DNA of 64,000 nucleotides from an uncultured delta proteobacterium (GCA_963822965.1 CAWGJT010000006.1:904609-968608); one strand, 5' to 3'; numbered from the stretch's first letter, positions 18,999 to 30,217 are shown. Translations and numbers: made by a program. The notes: generated from the letters alone by a model not told the origin.

Positions 18999-21623
18999 CT
19001 AGGAGCTGCGCTGGGTCTGGGTCAGGGAGCTGCGCACTTCGTCCAGGATCTCCTTGGCGGACTGGTAGCGCTGATTGGGGTCCTTCAGCAGGCAGCGGTT
19101 GATCACCGCGGCCAGGGAGTCCGGGAGCTCCGGCTGGAGCTCGCGGATGTCCGGCGGCGGCGTATGGACGTGGTGGTACGGGATGTTGCCCTCCTTGAAG
19201 GGCACGGCGCCGGCCGCCAGCTCGAAGAGCGTGACGCCGAGCGAGTAGATGTCGGTCCGGTGGTCGATGTTTCGGCCCAGGGTCTGCTCGGGGCTCATGT
19301 AGTAGGGAGTCCCCGAGACGACGGTGGTGTGGTTACGCACCTCTTCGATCACCTTGGCGAGACCGAAATCCATCAGCTTCGCCTTCTTGTCGCGCGTCCA
19401 CATGACGTTGGCGGTCTTGATGTCGCGATGCACGACCTTCTTGTCGTGCGCGTACGCGAGGGCCTCGCACATCTGTACCAGCACGTGCAGGATGCCGGCC
19501 GGCGCGATGGCGCCGCGCCGCCGCAGGATCTCCTTCAGGGTGGTGCCGTCGACGAACTCCATCGCGATGTAGTAGCGACCGTCCTGGGCGCCCGTGTCGT
19601 AGACGGTGACGATACCGGGATGGTTGAGCTTGGCGGCAGCCTGCGCCTCCCGGAGGAAGTTCTTCAGCGCCTGCGGGTTCTCCTGCAGCGCGTCCGGGAG
19701 CACCTTGTAGGCCACGAGGCGGTCGAGGGAGGTGTCCTTCGCCTTGTAGACGATTCCCATCCCGCCGCGGCCGAGCTCTCCCACGATCTGGTAACGACCG
19801 GGCTGCCCGTCGGCGGCCGGCTTGCCGCTGCCGCTGTTGTCGCCGAGCGTGGTCTCTCCGACCACCTTCACGCGCTCTCGCGCCTGGGCCAGCCGCTGCT
19901 CGACGTCCTTGTAGTGGTAGTCCAGCGCCAGGATGCGCTCGAAGATCTCCACCGCCCTCGCCGCCTCGTCGTTCGCGTCGCAGATGGTGGCGAGGGAGTA
20001 GTAGACGGGCATGGTGTCGCGGTCGAGCTCGCGGTCGCCGATCGCCTGCTTGAGCTTCTTGGTCGCGAGGGAGAGCTGCCCGCGCGCCAGGAAGATGTCG
20101 CCGAGCAGGGCCGAGGCCTCGGAGAATCCCTCGCTCTCCGGAGCCACCTTCTGCAGCACGGTGATGGCCTCGTCGTCCATGCCCTCCGCGTGGTAGGTCT
20201 GGCCCGAGAGGAGGTGCTCGCCGGCGCGGTCGAGCAGCTCGGCCTGCTTGTCACGCTGGCCCAGACGCGCGCGGCACTCCGCGGCCTCCTTGAACTTCTC
20301 GGCCTTCTCGTAGCAAGCGGCCGCGTTGCCGCCATCCTCCGCCAGGGAGTACATCTCGGCAGCCGCCGGGTAGTCGCGGGCGCGCATGAAGCAGTCGCCC
20401 GCCTTGCCGTACGCCTCGAGGGAGCGGTAGAGATCCCCGGCCGCCAGGTTGTCGCCGGCGTGCTCGAAGCACTCGGCGGCCTCCTTGGTCTCGCCGCGGT
20501 CGCGGTGGACGGTGGCGAGGATGCGCGCCGCCTCCTCGTCCTGCCCCAGGCTCCGCAGCGCGTCCGCGGCTCGCTCGGGCAGCGAAGCGTCCTGAAAGAG
20601 CTCCGCAGCCTTCGCGAACTGCTGCAGGGAGAGGGCGAGCTCCGCGGCCTCGGTGAAGCAGCCGCCGCGCTCGAGGATGGCCAGGGCCTTGTCGGGTTGC
20701 TCCGCGCGGCGGAAGAGCTTGCCGGCCTGCATCACCAGCTTGACCAGGTCCTGGTGGAATTTCGCATCGCCCTTGTTGCGGAGGCTCTCCTCGCCGTAGA
20801 CCTGCTCGAGACACTCGGCGGCCGCGAGCCAGTCCTTGCACTTCACGTAGGCGGCCGCGGCGTGGCGCAGGAAGTCCGCCTGCTTGTAGCACTTGGCGGC
20901 CTGGCGCATGTTGCCGCCCTTCTCGTACATCTCCGCCGCGACACTCGTGCTACCGATGCTCTCGTAGCACTGGGCCGCCCGGTCGAATTCCTCCTGCTGC
21001 GCGAAGATGGCCCCGGCGGACTCGTGCCGGCCGGCCTGGACGTAGAGCTCGGCGGACTCCAGGAAGCGGTTCTGGTCGTGGCGGATCTCGGCCGCGCGCA
21101 CGAAGCTGCCCGCCTGGACGAAGTACTCGGCGGCCTTGTCGAAGTGCTGGGCGTCGAAGAGCAGCTCGGCGGCCTCCAGCACATCACCCTTGCGGGCGAG
21201 CATCTGGGCCTGCTTCTCGGCCTTCTTGAGGAGGCGCTTCTCGAGGCCGCTGGCCTTGCGGGTCTCCGGCTCCGCCGCGGCCTTCGCGTCCCCGCGCCCC
21301 GACTTGCTCTTCTTCGCCTTCTTCTCGCCGTCCTTCGCGACCGAAGGCTCCCCCCCGTCGCCCCCGCCCAGCAGCCCGGCCAGCAACAGCACGAGCCCCG
21401 TCGGCGCGAGGCCGAATCGCAGGGCCGGCCAGACGAGCCACTGCTCGAGGCTCAACCCGAGCCCGGGGTCGCTGCTCGCCAGCGCCGCCGCGCCGTGCAC
21501 GATCCCGCCCACGGCGTGGGTGAGCGAGGAGTCCGGCATGTAGGTCGCGAGCAGCCCGAACGAGCCAGCCACCAGGGCCGGCAGGGACAGCAGCACCATC
21601 AGGATCCGTCCGACGACGCGCAA
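18999..21623 (-). CDS. Membrane-anchored Ser/Thr protein kinase with TPR-like repeats and a C-terminal Hanks domain
   Basis: TTG at 21623 after GGAGGTG; two hydrophobic N-terminal segments; ~13-aa AAECYEKAG-type repeats; GRGGMGIVY, VAYK, HRDIKTAN, DFGLAK, GTPYYMSPEQ. Confidence 0.92.
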   Translation of the reverse strand: MRVVGRILMVLLSLPALVAGSFGLLATYMPDSSLTHAVGGIVHGAAALASSDPGLGLSLEQWLVWPALRFGLAPTGLVLLLAGLLGGGDGGEPSVAKDGEKKAKKSKSGRGDAKAAAEPETRKASGLEKRLLKKAEKQAQMLARKGDVLEAAELLFDAQHFDKAAEYFVQAGSFVRAAEIRHDQNRFLESAELYVQAGRHESAGAIFAQQEEFDRAAQCYESIGSTSVAAEMYEKGGNMRQAAKCYKQADFLRHAAAAYVKCKDWLAAAECLEQVYGEESLRNKGDAKFHQDLVKLVMQAGKLFRRAEQPDKALAILERGGCFTEAAELALSLQQFAKAAELFQDASLPERAADALRSLGQDEEAARILATVHRDRGETKEAAECFEHAGDNLAAGDLYRSLEAYGKAGDCFMRARDYPAAAEMYSLAEDGGNAAACYEKAEKFKEAAECRARLGQRDKQAELLDRAGEHLLSGQTYHAEGMDDEAITVLQKVAPESEGFSEASALLGDIFLARGQLSLATKKLKQAIGDRELDRDTMPVYYSLATICDANDEAARAVEIFERILALDYHYKDVEQRLAQARERVKVVGETTLGDNSGSGKPAADGQPGRYQIVGELGRGGMGIVYKAKDTSLDRLVAYKVLPDALQENPQALKNFLREAQAAAKLNHPGIVTVYDTGAQDGRYYIAMEFVDGTTLKEILRRRGAIAPAGILHVLVQMCEALAYAHDKKVVHRDIKTANVMWTRDKKAKLMDFGLAKVIEEVRNHTTVVSGTPYYMSPEQTLGRNIDHRTDIYSLGVTLFELAAGAVPFKEGNIPYHHVHTPPPDIRELQPELPDSLAAVINRCLLKDPNQRYQSAKEILDEVRSSLTQTQRSS

Positions 21624-21643
21624 GACGCACCTCCGCGCCTGTC

Positions 21644-21670
21644 TATCGGTCGCCCCGCCGCCGGTGTTGA
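21644..21670 (-). promoter_or_regulatory. Putative sigma28-like promoter for the kinase gene
   Basis: Minus strand TCAAC-N15-ACCGATA, ending about 20 nt before the start codon. Confidence 0.55.
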
Positions 21671-21745
21671 GGCCGGAGACCCGCGGGCCCCGAATCTCGC
21701 CGTCCGCTGGCGTGGCACGGTTCGAGGGACCCGCGAACCGGGGCC

Positions 21746-22771
21746 TCAGGACTCGAGCAGCTCGAGGGCGTCCCCGAAGTCGCCGACCGACTCGGCCACC
21801 TCCTCGGGTCGCTGGAAGGTGGCCACGTGGAAGATGGCGTCTCCCTCGTTCACCAGGGGCAGCTCCGTCCGGCCGATCACGACGCCGGCGTGGCTCGCCA
21901 CGATCTCCAGCTCCTCGGTGCCCAGGGGATCGGCGATCACCCCGAGCATGTCGCCCTGGGCGACGTAGACGCCGAGGCTCGCGCGGGCGCGCAGGATGCC
22001 CGCCCCGGGCGCCCGGATCCAGTGGCTCGAGTTCGCCACGAAGGGCTCCCGGCGCGGCCCGCTCGCGCTCGAGCGGTACATGCCCAGGTGGCGCATCACC
22101 GAGAAGACCCCCCGGACGCCGGCCCGGATCGCACGCTCGTCGAAGCGCAGGGCTTCGCCGCCCTCGTACACCAGCATCGGGACGCTCCGCTCGAGCACCG
22201 CCTGGCGGAGCGACCCGTCCCGGACGTTGGCGTTCAGCAGCACGGGGACGCCGAAGGCACGGGCGAGCTCGCGCGTCTCGTCGTCGTCGAGGCACGCGCG
22301 CACCTGCGGCAGGTTGGCCCGGTGGACGGCCCCGGTGTGCAGATCGATTCCGTGGGTGGAGTTGTCCACCACCTCCTTCAGGAAGATGTGCGCGATGCGG
22401 CTGGCGAGCGACCCGCTGGGCGACCCCGGGAAGGAACGGTTCAGGTCGCGACGGTCCGGCAGGTAGCGCGAGAGCCCGACGAAGCCGAAGAGGTTGACCA
22501 CGGGCACGGCGATCAGCGCACCCCGCATCCGCCGCACGAGTCGGCGCCGCAGCACGCGCCGGATGATCTCGACGCCGTTGATCTCGTCGCCGTGGAGCGC
22601 CGCGCACACGAAGAGCCGGGGCCCCGGCTGGGAGCCGTGGACGACCTCGATGGGTAGACGCACCTCGGCGCCGCTCACCCGCCGGCCGATGGGGATCTCG
22701 ATGCGCGCGCGGCTCCCGGGTGCGACCAGGGTGCCCCCGATCGCGAGCGGGCCGCTCGAGTCGGCGCTCAC
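21746..22771 (-). CDS. Succinylglutamate desuccinylase/aspartoacylase family (M14-like) peptidase
   Basis: AALHGDEING, RDLNRSFPG, GIDLHTG, YEGGEALRFD; GTGA overlap with the upstream gene. Confidence 0.92.
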   Translation of the reverse strand: MSADSSGPLAIGGTLVAPGSRARIEIPIGRRVSGAEVRLPIEVVHGSQPGPRLFVCAALHGDEINGVEIIRRVLRRRLVRRMRGALIAVPVVNLFGFVGLSRYLPDRRDLNRSFPGSPSGSLASRIAHIFLKEVVDNSTHGIDLHTGAVHRANLPQVRACLDDDETRELARAFGVPVLLNANVRDGSLRQAVLERSVPMLVYEGGEALRFDERAIRAGVRGVFSVMRHLGMYRSSASGPRREPFVANSSHWIRAPGAGILRARASLGVYVAQGDMLGVIADPLGTEELEIVASHAGVVIGRTELPLVNEGDAIFHVATFQRPEEVAESVGDFGDALELLES

Positions 22772-23229
22772 GCGGGGTGCGGCCTGCGTGCCGTGCGCGG
22801 CTCGGGCCGGTCGAGCGCCATGCGACGGTCGACGTCGATGAGCAGGGGACCCGTCAGCGCGTTCCGTCCCAGCAGCATGCGGTGGATCATCTTCTCGCGG
22901 TCCACCAGGCTCACCTCGACTTCCTTGACGATGGGCCCGAGCCGTAGGGTCGTGCGCACGAAGATGCGCTGGGTGCGATGACCGGTGCTCGAGCGGACGA
23001 CCCCGCGACGCACGATCCGGGTCTTCACGTGCACCCGCCGGCTCCGCTTCTTGCGGTGCAGGATCACATCGAATCCCACGTGGCCGCGCGGCAGCTCCTG
23101 GATGTTCTCGACGTGCAGCGCGCTGGTCCGCGCGCCCGTGTCCACCTTCGCCCGCAGCCTGGACACGCCCCAGTCCGGAAGGTCGACGTACTCGGTCCAG
23201 CCGATGATCACCGGCTCGCGCACTCTCAC
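22768..23229 (-). CDS. RimK-associated retropepsin-like protease (RimB-like; 'ATP-dependent Zn protease' family)
   Basis: IIGWTEYV, AKVDTGARTSALH, MLLGR; adjacent to rimK. Confidence 0.88.
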   Translation of the reverse strand: MRVREPVIIGWTEYVDLPDWGVSRLRAKVDTGARTSALHVENIQELPRGHVGFDVILHRKKRSRRVHVKTRIVRRGVVRSSTGHRTQRIFVRTTLRLGPIVKEVEVSLVDREKMIHRMLLGRNALTGPLLIDVDRRMALDRPEPRTARRPHPA

Positions 23230-24458
23230 TCGGAGCCCTCGCGCTCCGGGGTCTCCGGGGAGGCATCGAGGTGCAGCCTCCCCTTCCGGGACCGGGACGG
23301 CCGGGGCGATCGGGGCGGCGCCAGCCCGCGCAGGGTGAGGTTCTTTCCGAAGCAGAGCAACACGTCGCCCGGAAGCAGCTCACGGGTGCTCTTGGGGTTC
23401 GGGATCGTGACCCCGCCCCGCTGGATCGTCAGCACGGCGACGTCCCGGTCCCGCAGGCCGCTGTCCTTGATCGTCTTGCCGCACAGTTCGGACCGCTCGT
23501 CTACGGGCACCTCCATCACCGAGTAGCCGCTCTGCAGCGTGAGGCGCTGGCGGATGTCGATCTCCGGGAAGAGCACCTCCTCCTCGATCAGGCGAACGAT
23601 CTCGCCGGCGACGTCCACGCCGGTGGCCGTCTCGATGCCCTCCAGGCCGGGCGAGGAGTTCACCTCCATCACGATCGGGCCCTTGTTTCCCTCGAGCAGG
23701 TCCACGCCCGCCACCCGCAGACCCAGGATCTGCGCCGCATGGACCGCCGTCCGGTTGTACTCCTCGCTGAGCTCGACCACCTCCGCGCGTCCGCCTCGGT
23801 GCACGTTGCTGCGGAACTCGTCGCCCTGGGCGACGCGGCGCATGGCCGCCACGACGCGATTGCCGACCACCAGGGCTCGCACGTCGCGACCCTTGCTCTC
23901 CTTGACGAACTGCTGGAGCAGCACGCTCATCTTCGCCGGCCCCGAGAGCGTCTCGATGATGGCCTCGGCCACCTTGGTGGACTCGGCCAGGATCACCCCG
24001 ATGCCCTGGGTTCCCTCGAGCAGCTTCACCACCACCGGCGGCCCGCCCAGGCGCTCGATGGCCGGCAGGATCTCGGAGGCCTTGCGCACGAAGAGCGTCT
24101 TGGGAAGGCCGATCCGGTGTCGGCTCAGCACCTGCAGGGCGCGCAGCTTGTCACGCGACACGCTGATGGCATGGGAGGGGTTGACGCAGAAGACGCCCAT
24201 CTGCTCGAACTGCCGCACCACCGCCGTCCCGAAGAACGTGACCGAGGCGCCCACCCGGGGCACCACCGCGTCGTAGTGGCTGAGCTTCTTGTTCTTGTAG
24301 TACAGGCGCGGTGCGCCCTGCTCGACCTCGATCGAGAACGAGAGCGTGTCGAGGATCTTCACCTCGTGGCCGCGCATCTCCACCGCTTCGCGCAGCCTCC
24401 GGGTGCTGTAGAGGTTCCGAGAACGGGAGAGGATCGCGATCTTCATGGGTTGCTTCAT
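23226..24458 (-). CDS. rimK: RimK-family alpha-L-glutamate ligase fused to a C-terminal TrkA-C (RCK_C) domain
   Basis: MKIAILS...YSTRRL, KLLEGTQGIGV, EFRSNVHRGG, MEVNSSPGLEGIE; tail SELCGKTIKDSGLR...IQRGGVTIPNP...GDVLLCFG. Confidence 0.93.
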   Translation of the reverse strand: MKQPMKIAILSRSRNLYSTRRLREAVEMRGHEVKILDTLSFSIEVEQGAPRLYYKNKKLSHYDAVVPRVGASVTFFGTAVVRQFEQMGVFCVNPSHAISVSRDKLRALQVLSRHRIGLPKTLFVRKASEILPAIERLGGPPVVVKLLEGTQGIGVILAESTKVAEAIIETLSGPAKMSVLLQQFVKESKGRDVRALVVGNRVVAAMRRVAQGDEFRSNVHRGGRAEVVELSEEYNRTAVHAAQILGLRVAGVDLLEGNKGPIVMEVNSSPGLEGIETATGVDVAGEIVRLIEEEVLFPEIDIRQRLTLQSGYSVMEVPVDERSELCGKTIKDSGLRDRDVAVLTIQRGGVTIPNPKSTRELLPGDVLLCFGKNLTLRGLAPPRSPRPSRSRKGRLHLDASPETPEREGSE

Positions 24459-24584
24459 CCCTTTGCCCCGCGGATCGATTTCGTTGGATTGTCGCGGGAT
24501 CGGACGCCGCCCGCCTCGTGCTGCCAGTCTAGCCGGCGACCCGATCGGAGCGAACCGTGCCTTCCTCTTGGACGAGGCGAGTGC

Positions 24585-25631
24585 TCAGATGAGGCGGCCC
24601 TGACGGCCGCGATCGACGAGGGCGAGGCCGAGGTGCTCTCGCGCGGCGCGCGTTGCCACGCGGCCGCGGGGCGTGCGGTCGAGGAAGCCCTGGTGGATGA
24701 GGAAGGGCTCCACCACCTCCTCGATGGTGCCCTTGTCCTCGCCCACGGCGGCGGCCAGGGTCTCGAGGCCGACGGGGCCGCCGTCGAACTTCTCGACCAG
24801 GGTCGTGAGCAACGCCCGGTCGAGCCGGTCGAAGCCCGCCTCGTCCACCTCCAAGCGATCGAGCGCGGAACGAGCTCGGTCGAGCTGCACGGCCTTCTCG
24901 CGGCCCGCCTCGACGCTCGCGAAGTCGCGCACGCGCCGCAGCAGCCGATTCGCGATGCGCGGCGTGCCGCGCGAGCGACGCGCCACCTCGCGCGCCGCGT
25001 CCGCGTCCACGCGCATGCCCAGCAGACCGGCGGATCGCAGGACGATCTGCTCGAGGTCGCCCACCGGGTAGTACTCGAGCCGGGCGCTCCAGCCAAAGCG
25101 GTCGCGCAGCGGCGAGGTGAGCAGTCCCACGCGGGTGGTGGCCCCGATCAGGGTGAAGCATGGCAGGTCCAGCCGGATGGATCGCGCGCTCGGCCCTTCG
25201 CCGATCAACAGGTCGAGCTGGAAGTCCTCCATGGCGGGATAGAGGATCTCCTCGACGCTCGCGGAGAGGCGGTGGATCTCGTCGATGAAGAGCACGTCAC
25301 CGGAGTCGAGATTCGAGACGAGGGCGGCGAGATCCCCCGGACGCTCGATGGCGGGGCCGCTGGTGGCGCGGAACTGGGCCCCCATCTCGTTGGCGACGAT
25401 GCGCGCGAGGGACGTCTTGCCCAGACCGGGCGGCCCGTGGAAGAGGACGTGGTCGAGGGGCTCGCGTCGTTCCCGGGCGGCCTGGATGAAGACCGCGAGG
25501 TTCTCGCGCAATCGCTTCTGGCCCACCATCTCGCCGAGCGTGTTGGGCCGCAGACCTTCCTCGAGACGAGCCTCGTCCCCCGCGGCCGCCGGCGAGAGCT
25601 CGCCGCGCACCGGCTCGTCGCCGCGGCTCAT
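24585..25631 (-). CDS. ruvB: Holliday junction helicase RuvB
   Basis: [46 protein letters not shown]. Confidence 0.99.
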   Translation of the reverse strand: MSRGDEPVRGELSPAAAGDEARLEEGLRPNTLGEMVGQKRLRENLAVFIQAARERREPLDHVLFHGPPGLGKTSLARIVANEMGAQFRATSGPAIERPGDLAALVSNLDSGDVLFIDEIHRLSASVEEILYPAMEDFQLDLLIGEGPSARSIRLDLPCFTLIGATTRVGLLTSPLRDRFGWSARLEYYPVGDLEQIVLRSAGLLGMRVDADAAREVARRSRGTPRIANRLLRRVRDFASVEAGREKAVQLDRARSALDRLEVDEAGFDRLDRALLTTLVEKFDGGPVGLETLAAAVGEDKGTIEEVVEPFLIHQGFLDRTPRGRVATRAAREHLGLALVDRGRQGRLI

Positions 25632-26236
25632 CGGGCGAGGCTCCGGAGCGCGATGCGGATCAGCGACTCGATGGTGGCACCCTCCCCCGACTCGTCGACC
25701 GCCGCCTCGACGACGCGTTCGGCCTGCGAACGGGGATAGCCGAGATTGACGAGGGCCGACAGCAGCTGATCCCGCAGCGCGTCCGCCTCGCTCGCGACGC
25801 TGGGAGCGCTCTCGCCCTCGACGTTCGAGCCGAGCTCCGCAGCCCGATCGCGCAGCTCGACCACCATGCGCTCGGCGGTCTTCGCCCCCACGCCCGGGAT
25901 GCCCTTCATGGCGGCGACCTCCCCGTCGCGCAGGGCGGCCACCAGTCGCTCCGGCGACATGCCCGAGAGGATCGTCTGGGCCAGCTTCGGACCCACGCGA
26001 TTGGCGCGCAGCAGCAGCTCGAAGACCTGCTTCTCGTACGCGGTCGCGAAGCCGTAGAGCAGCAGCGCATCCTCCCGGGCCACCGTGTGGGCGTGGAGGG
26101 CCACGGTCTTGCCGGCGTCCGGCAGCACGGCCGAGGTGGAGAGCGAGACGTGCAGCTCGTAGCCGACGCCGTTCACGTCCAGCACGACCCGCACCGGCGC
26201 CTTCTCGCGCAGGACGCCTTCCATCCAGGCGATCAC
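25628..26236 (-). CDS. ruvA: Holliday junction branch migration protein RuvA
   Basis: GTG at 26236; [43 protein letters not shown]. Confidence 0.97.
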   Translation of the reverse strand: MIAWMEGVLREKAPVRVVLDVNGVGYELHVSLSTSAVLPDAGKTVALHAHTVAREDALLLYGFATAYEKQVFELLLRANRVGPKLAQTILSGMSPERLVAALRDGEVAAMKGIPGVGAKTAERMVVELRDRAAELGSNVEGESAPSVASEADALRDQLLSALVNLGYPRSQAERVVEAAVDESGEGATIESLIRIALRSLAR

Positions 26237-26249
26237 GAAGCGGCTCCCG

Positions 26250-26798
26250 TCACGGCGTCGTCCTCCGCACGGGGGGCGGCGTGGTGCGGCGTCGCGGCCG
26301 CCGCGAGCGCGCGCGGACGTCCAGTCCCCCGAGCCGGCCCATCTGTGCCCGGCAGATGGCCGCGGCGAGCGCGTCGGAGGCGTCGGCTGCGGGCGGCGGG
26401 GCCAGGCACAGCAGGCGACCGACCATCGCCTGGACCTGCGGCTTCTCCGCCCCGCCGGCACCGGTCACCGCCTTCTTGATCTCGCGGGCTGACAGCTCGT
26501 CCACGGGAATCCCCTCGGCGCCCAGGGTCGCCAGGATCGCACCGCGGGCCTGTCCCAGCACCAGCGCCGAGCGGGCGTTCACCGACACGAACACCCGCTC
26601 CACCACCGCGCGGTCCGGCGCGTGCTCGCGGATGGCGCGGCGCAGCTCGCTCTGGATGCCGGCGAGCCGCAGCGCCAGCGGCTGCCGCAGGGAGGTTCGG
26701 ATCGTCCCGTGCGCGATGTGGACGATGCCCCCCGCTGCGCGCTCGACCACGCCGAAGCCGGTCGCGCTCGAGCCGGGGTCGATTCCCAGGATCCGCAT
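26250..26798 (-). CDS. ruvC: Holliday junction resolvase RuvC
   Basis: ILGIDPG, LGQARG, KKAVTG, DASDALAAA. Confidence 0.97.
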   Translation of the reverse strand: MRILGIDPGSSATGFGVVERAAGGIVHIAHGTIRTSLRQPLALRLAGIQSELRRAIREHAPDRAVVERVFVSVNARSALVLGQARGAILATLGAEGIPVDELSAREIKKAVTGAGGAEKPQVQAMVGRLLCLAPPPAADASDALAAAICRAQMGRLGGLDVRARSRRPRRRTTPPPVRRTTP

Positions 26799-27020
26799 CG
26801 CCAGCCACCCCCCGTGGGCCGGGCGTTCGAGGACTCGCTGCTCGACGGCTCTCCCCGGGAACCCCGGCGCGCTCGCAGGCGCGGTGCGCCCCGACGAGAG
26901 CCGTACCGGGACTCTAACGAGGAAGCGCCCCGACTCCCAATCTCCAGCGCACCCAGCCCGACCGGGACCCCGCGACGAGGGCCGATCGGGACGCCGCGAC
27001 CGAAGCCGCCGATCGGGCCG

Positions 27021-27767
27021 TCAGGCGTACCGCGCCATCTCGTCTTCGGAGATCTCGAAGTTCGCGTAGACGTTCTGCACGTCGTCCAGGTCTTCCAGGG
27101 CGTCCATCAGGCGAAGCATGCTCTCCGCGTCGCCGCCCTCGAGCTTCACGGTGGTGCTGGGCTCCATGCTGATCTCGGCGTTGGCCGGCTCGAGGCCCCC
27201 GGCCACCAGGGCGTCCCGCACCTGCTCGAAGTCGCCCGGCGTCGTCACCACGTCCACCGTGCCCTCGCCCTCGACCACGTCCTCGGCGCCCGCCTCCAGA
27301 GCGGCCTCCATGAGGGCGTCGAGGTCGATGCCCTTCGCGAGGAAGCTGACGACGCCCTTCTTCTCGAAGAGGTAGGAGACGCAGCCGACCGAGCCGAGGC
27401 TGCCCCCATTCTTCGTCAGGGCGTGGCGAACTTCCCCCACCGTCCGGTTCTTGTTGTCGGAGAGGGTCTCCACCAGGATGGCCACGCCGCCGGGGCCGTA
27501 GCCCTCGTAGACGCCCTCGTCGTACTGCTCACCCTCGAGGTTGCCGGCGCCCTTCTGGATGGCCCGCTCGATGTTGTCCTTGGGCATGTTGGCGGCCTTG
27601 GCCTTGTCGACCACCAGCCGCAGGCGGGGATTCGAGTCGATCTCCGCGCCACCGATCCGCGCCGCCGTCGACAGCTCGCGGATCAGCTTGGTGAAGATCT
27701 TGCCGCGCTTGGCGTCCGCCGCGCCCTTCTTCCTCTTGATTGTCGACCACTTGGAGTGACCGGACAT
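27021..27767 (-). CDS. yebC: YebC/PmpR family protein
   Basis: [35 protein letters not shown]; upstream of ruvCAB. Confidence 0.97.
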   Translation of the reverse strand: MSGHSKWSTIKRKKGAADAKRGKIFTKLIRELSTAARIGGAEIDSNPRLRLVVDKAKAANMPKDNIERAIQKGAGNLEGEQYDEGVYEGYGPGGVAILVETLSDNKNRTVGEVRHALTKNGGSLGSVGCVSYLFEKKGVVSFLAKGIDLDALMEAALEAGAEDVVEGEGTVDVVTTPGDFEQVRDALVAGGLEPANAEISMEPSTTVKLEGGDAESMLRLMDALEDLDDVQNVYANFEISEDEMARYA

Positions 27768-27840
27768 GCCGCAGGACCCCCTGGTTCCACCGCCCTGTCA
27801 GGTAGCACGAGGGCCTCGGGCGAGCCAAGCGCGGCGCCGC

Positions 27841-27867
27841 TCAGGAAAGGGCCCGGGCCTGCCGATA
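27841..27867 (+). promoter_or_regulatory. Putative sigma28-like promoter for the Hsp70-J operon
   Basis: TCAGG-N15-GCCGATA(T). Confidence 0.55.
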
Positions 27868-27949
27868 TCGCCTGAGAGGGCGCCCTCCCCGCAGGGCGCC
27901 CTGTCCGCCGGGCGGGTCGGATCCGGCGCCAGGACGGGGAGGAGGCCCA

Positions 27950-30217
27950 ATGGCCGCACGCGCCATCGGCATCGATCTGGGTACCAGCAACTCGTGCGTC
28001 GCGACGGTGCGCGGCAGCACGGTCGAAGTCCTCCCGAACGCGTTCGGCGAGAACACGACCGCAAGTGTCGTGGCCTTCTCTCCCGACGGCTCGATCACGG
28101 TGGGCAACGCAGCGCGGGCCAACATCATCCACGACCCCGAGCACACGGTGTCGTCCGCCAAGCGTCTGATCGGCCGCTACTTCTTCTCCGAGGAGGTCAA
28201 GAAGGCCCAGGCGATCTGCTCGTACGAGATCATCGAAGGGCCGAACCACGGCGTTCGCATCCAGGTCCGGGAAGAGGCGTTCTCCCTCCCCGAGATCTCG
28301 GCGATGGTGCTGCGCGAGATGAAGCAGCTCGCGGAGACGCGCATCGGCGAAGAGGTCCGCCAGGCCGTGATCACCGTGCCGGCGTACTTCAACGACAACC
28401 AGCGCCAGGCCACCAAGGACGCGGGCAAGATCGCCGGCCTCGAGGTGCTGCGCATCCTGAACGAGCCGACGGCCGCGGCGCTCGCCTACGGATTCGGCAA
28501 GGGCCTCGACCAGCGCGTCGCCGTCTACGACCTGGGCGGCGGCACCTTCGATATCTCCATCCTCGAGATCGGCAAGGACATCTTCGAGGTCCTCTCGACC
28601 TGCGGTGACACCTTCCTCGGCGGCGACGACTTCGACGACCGCATCATCGACCTCGTGGCGGACGAGTTCGTCCAGCGCGAGGGCATCAACATCCGCAACG
28701 ACCCCTACGCGTTCGAGAAGCTGAAGGTCGCCGCCGAGGCCGCGAAGCGCGGCCTCTCGCTGGAAGAAGAGGTGGAGATCCGCATTCCGGACATCCTGGT
28801 CGGCGCGGACGGCCAGTCGCGGTCCATCGAGCGCCGCGTCACGAGCATGGAGTTCTCGAGCCTCGTGATGGACCTGATCCAGCGCACCTTCAAGGTGTGC
28901 GACGAGGCCATGCAGCAGGCCGACCTCACCGTGAAGGATCTCGACGGCGTGATCCTCGTGGGCGGCCCGACCCGCCTGCCGGTGATCCGCCAGGCGGTCC
29001 GCGACTACTTCCAGCAGGAGCCCCGCGCAGACGTCGACCCGGACGAGGTCGTCGCCATGGGTGCGGCCATCCACGCCAACTCCCTGGTGAACGAGAGCGC
29101 CGAGTCGTTCCTGCTCGACGTCACGCCCCTGGACCTGCGCATCGGCGTCGCGGGTGGCATGGCCGAGCCCGTGATCGAGCGCAACACGCCGGTTCCGATC
29201 GAGCAGTCGCGCATGTTCACGACCTTCTCGGACTTCCAGGAGACCGTGGACATCCGGGTCTACCAGGGCGACTCGCGTGAGGCGAGCGAGAACGAGATGC
29301 TCGGTCAGTTCCAGTTCTCGGGCTTCAAGAAGGCCCGACGCGGCGAGGTCTCGATCGAAGTCACGTTCGAGATCAACGCCGACGGCATCGTGAGCGTGAA
29401 GGCCTGCGACCCCGAGACGGGCGCCCAGACCCAGATGTCGATCACCCTGTCGTCCGGCCTCTCGAACGAGGAGCTCGAGAGCATCCTCGAAGAGAACCCG
29501 GCGGCGCGCGTGAAGTCGTCCGCACCGGCTTCGGGCCCCGTCGCCGCGCCGGGCATGCCCGCGCTCGACGCCGAGCTCACGACCCTGGACGACGAGGACG
29601 TAGAGCACGCGAAGGCCGGCGGCACCTTCTCGGGCGCAGATGCGGACCCGGACGCCGGCGACCTCGAGGTGCTGGCGGGAAGCGACGACACGGAGGCCGA
29701 CTTCCTCGACGACGACTCGATCGACGGCGACCTCGACGTGGAGCTCAGCGACGAAGATCTCGAGACGATGGCGGTGCTGGACGACGACGCCGGAGCGGCT
29801 CCGACCGCCGGAACCACCGACGACCTGGAAGCCCTCGACGTCGCCCTCGACGGCCGCGCCCTGCCCGAGATCGAGGGGGACACGGACCTGGAGCTGGACG
29901 CCGGCCAGGGCGTGGGTGCCCCGCCGGCCGCCGACCCCTTCGTGGCGCACGCCGGCGAAGCCGTCGTCGAGCTGGACGCCGCAGACGACCCCATCGAGCT
30001 GGCCGACGACGGACCGGCCCTCGAGCTGGCCGGCGCCGCCGAAGCCGTGCTGACCCCGGTCGAGCTCGAGACGATGGACGCCAGTGAGCTCGAGCTCGTC
30101 GACGAGGCGGTGGTCGAGCTGCAGCCCGACCCCGGAGCGAACGCCGGCGGCGAAGGCGAGGAGCTCTTCGACCGGAACAACCGCGATCTCTCCGCCGGTC
30201 TCGACGACGAGTCATGA
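27950..30217 (+). CDS. Hsp70/DnaK paralog with an acidic C-terminal tail replacing the lid
   Basis: [59 protein letters not shown]; then ~235 aa of D/E/A-rich sequence. Confidence 0.93.
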   Translation: MAARAIGIDLGTSNSCVATVRGSTVEVLPNAFGENTTASVVAFSPDGSITVGNAARANIIHDPEHTVSSAKRLIGRYFFSEEVKKAQAICSYEIIEGPNHGVRIQVREEAFSLPEISAMVLREMKQLAETRIGEEVRQAVITVPAYFNDNQRQATKDAGKIAGLEVLRILNEPTAAALAYGFGKGLDQRVAVYDLGGGTFDISILEIGKDIFEVLSTCGDTFLGGDDFDDRIIDLVADEFVQREGINIRNDPYAFEKLKVAAEAAKRGLSLEEEVEIRIPDILVGADGQSRSIERRVTSMEFSSLVMDLIQRTFKVCDEAMQQADLTVKDLDGVILVGGPTRLPVIRQAVRDYFQQEPRADVDPDEVVAMGAAIHANSLVNESAESFLLDVTPLDLRIGVAGGMAEPVIERNTPVPIEQSRMFTTFSDFQETVDIRVYQGDSREASENEMLGQFQFSGFKKARRGEVSIEVTFEINADGIVSVKACDPETGAQTQMSITLSSGLSNEELESILEENPAARVKSSAPASGPVAAPGMPALDAELTTLDDEDVEHAKAGGTFSGADADPDAGDLEVLAGSDDTEADFLDDDSIDGDLDVELSDEDLETMAVLDDDAGAAPTAGTTDDLEALDVALDGRALPEIEGDTDLELDAGQGVGAPPAADPFVAHAGEAVVELDAADDPIELADDGPALELAGAAEAVLTPVELETMDASELELVDEAVVELQPDPGANAGGEGEELFDRNNRDLSAGLDDES

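Noticed and set aside
17552..27008. 13-bp GCGACCGAAGCCG shared just downstream of lpxC (17552) and yebC (26996)
   Set aside because: Only two copies of a GC-rich 13-mer; cannot be distinguished from chance without a genome-wide count.
27683..29950. 755-aa ORF antisense to the Hsp70 gene
   Set aside because: Open antisense frames are a well-known by-product of dnaK codon usage in GC-rich genomes; no independent motifs.
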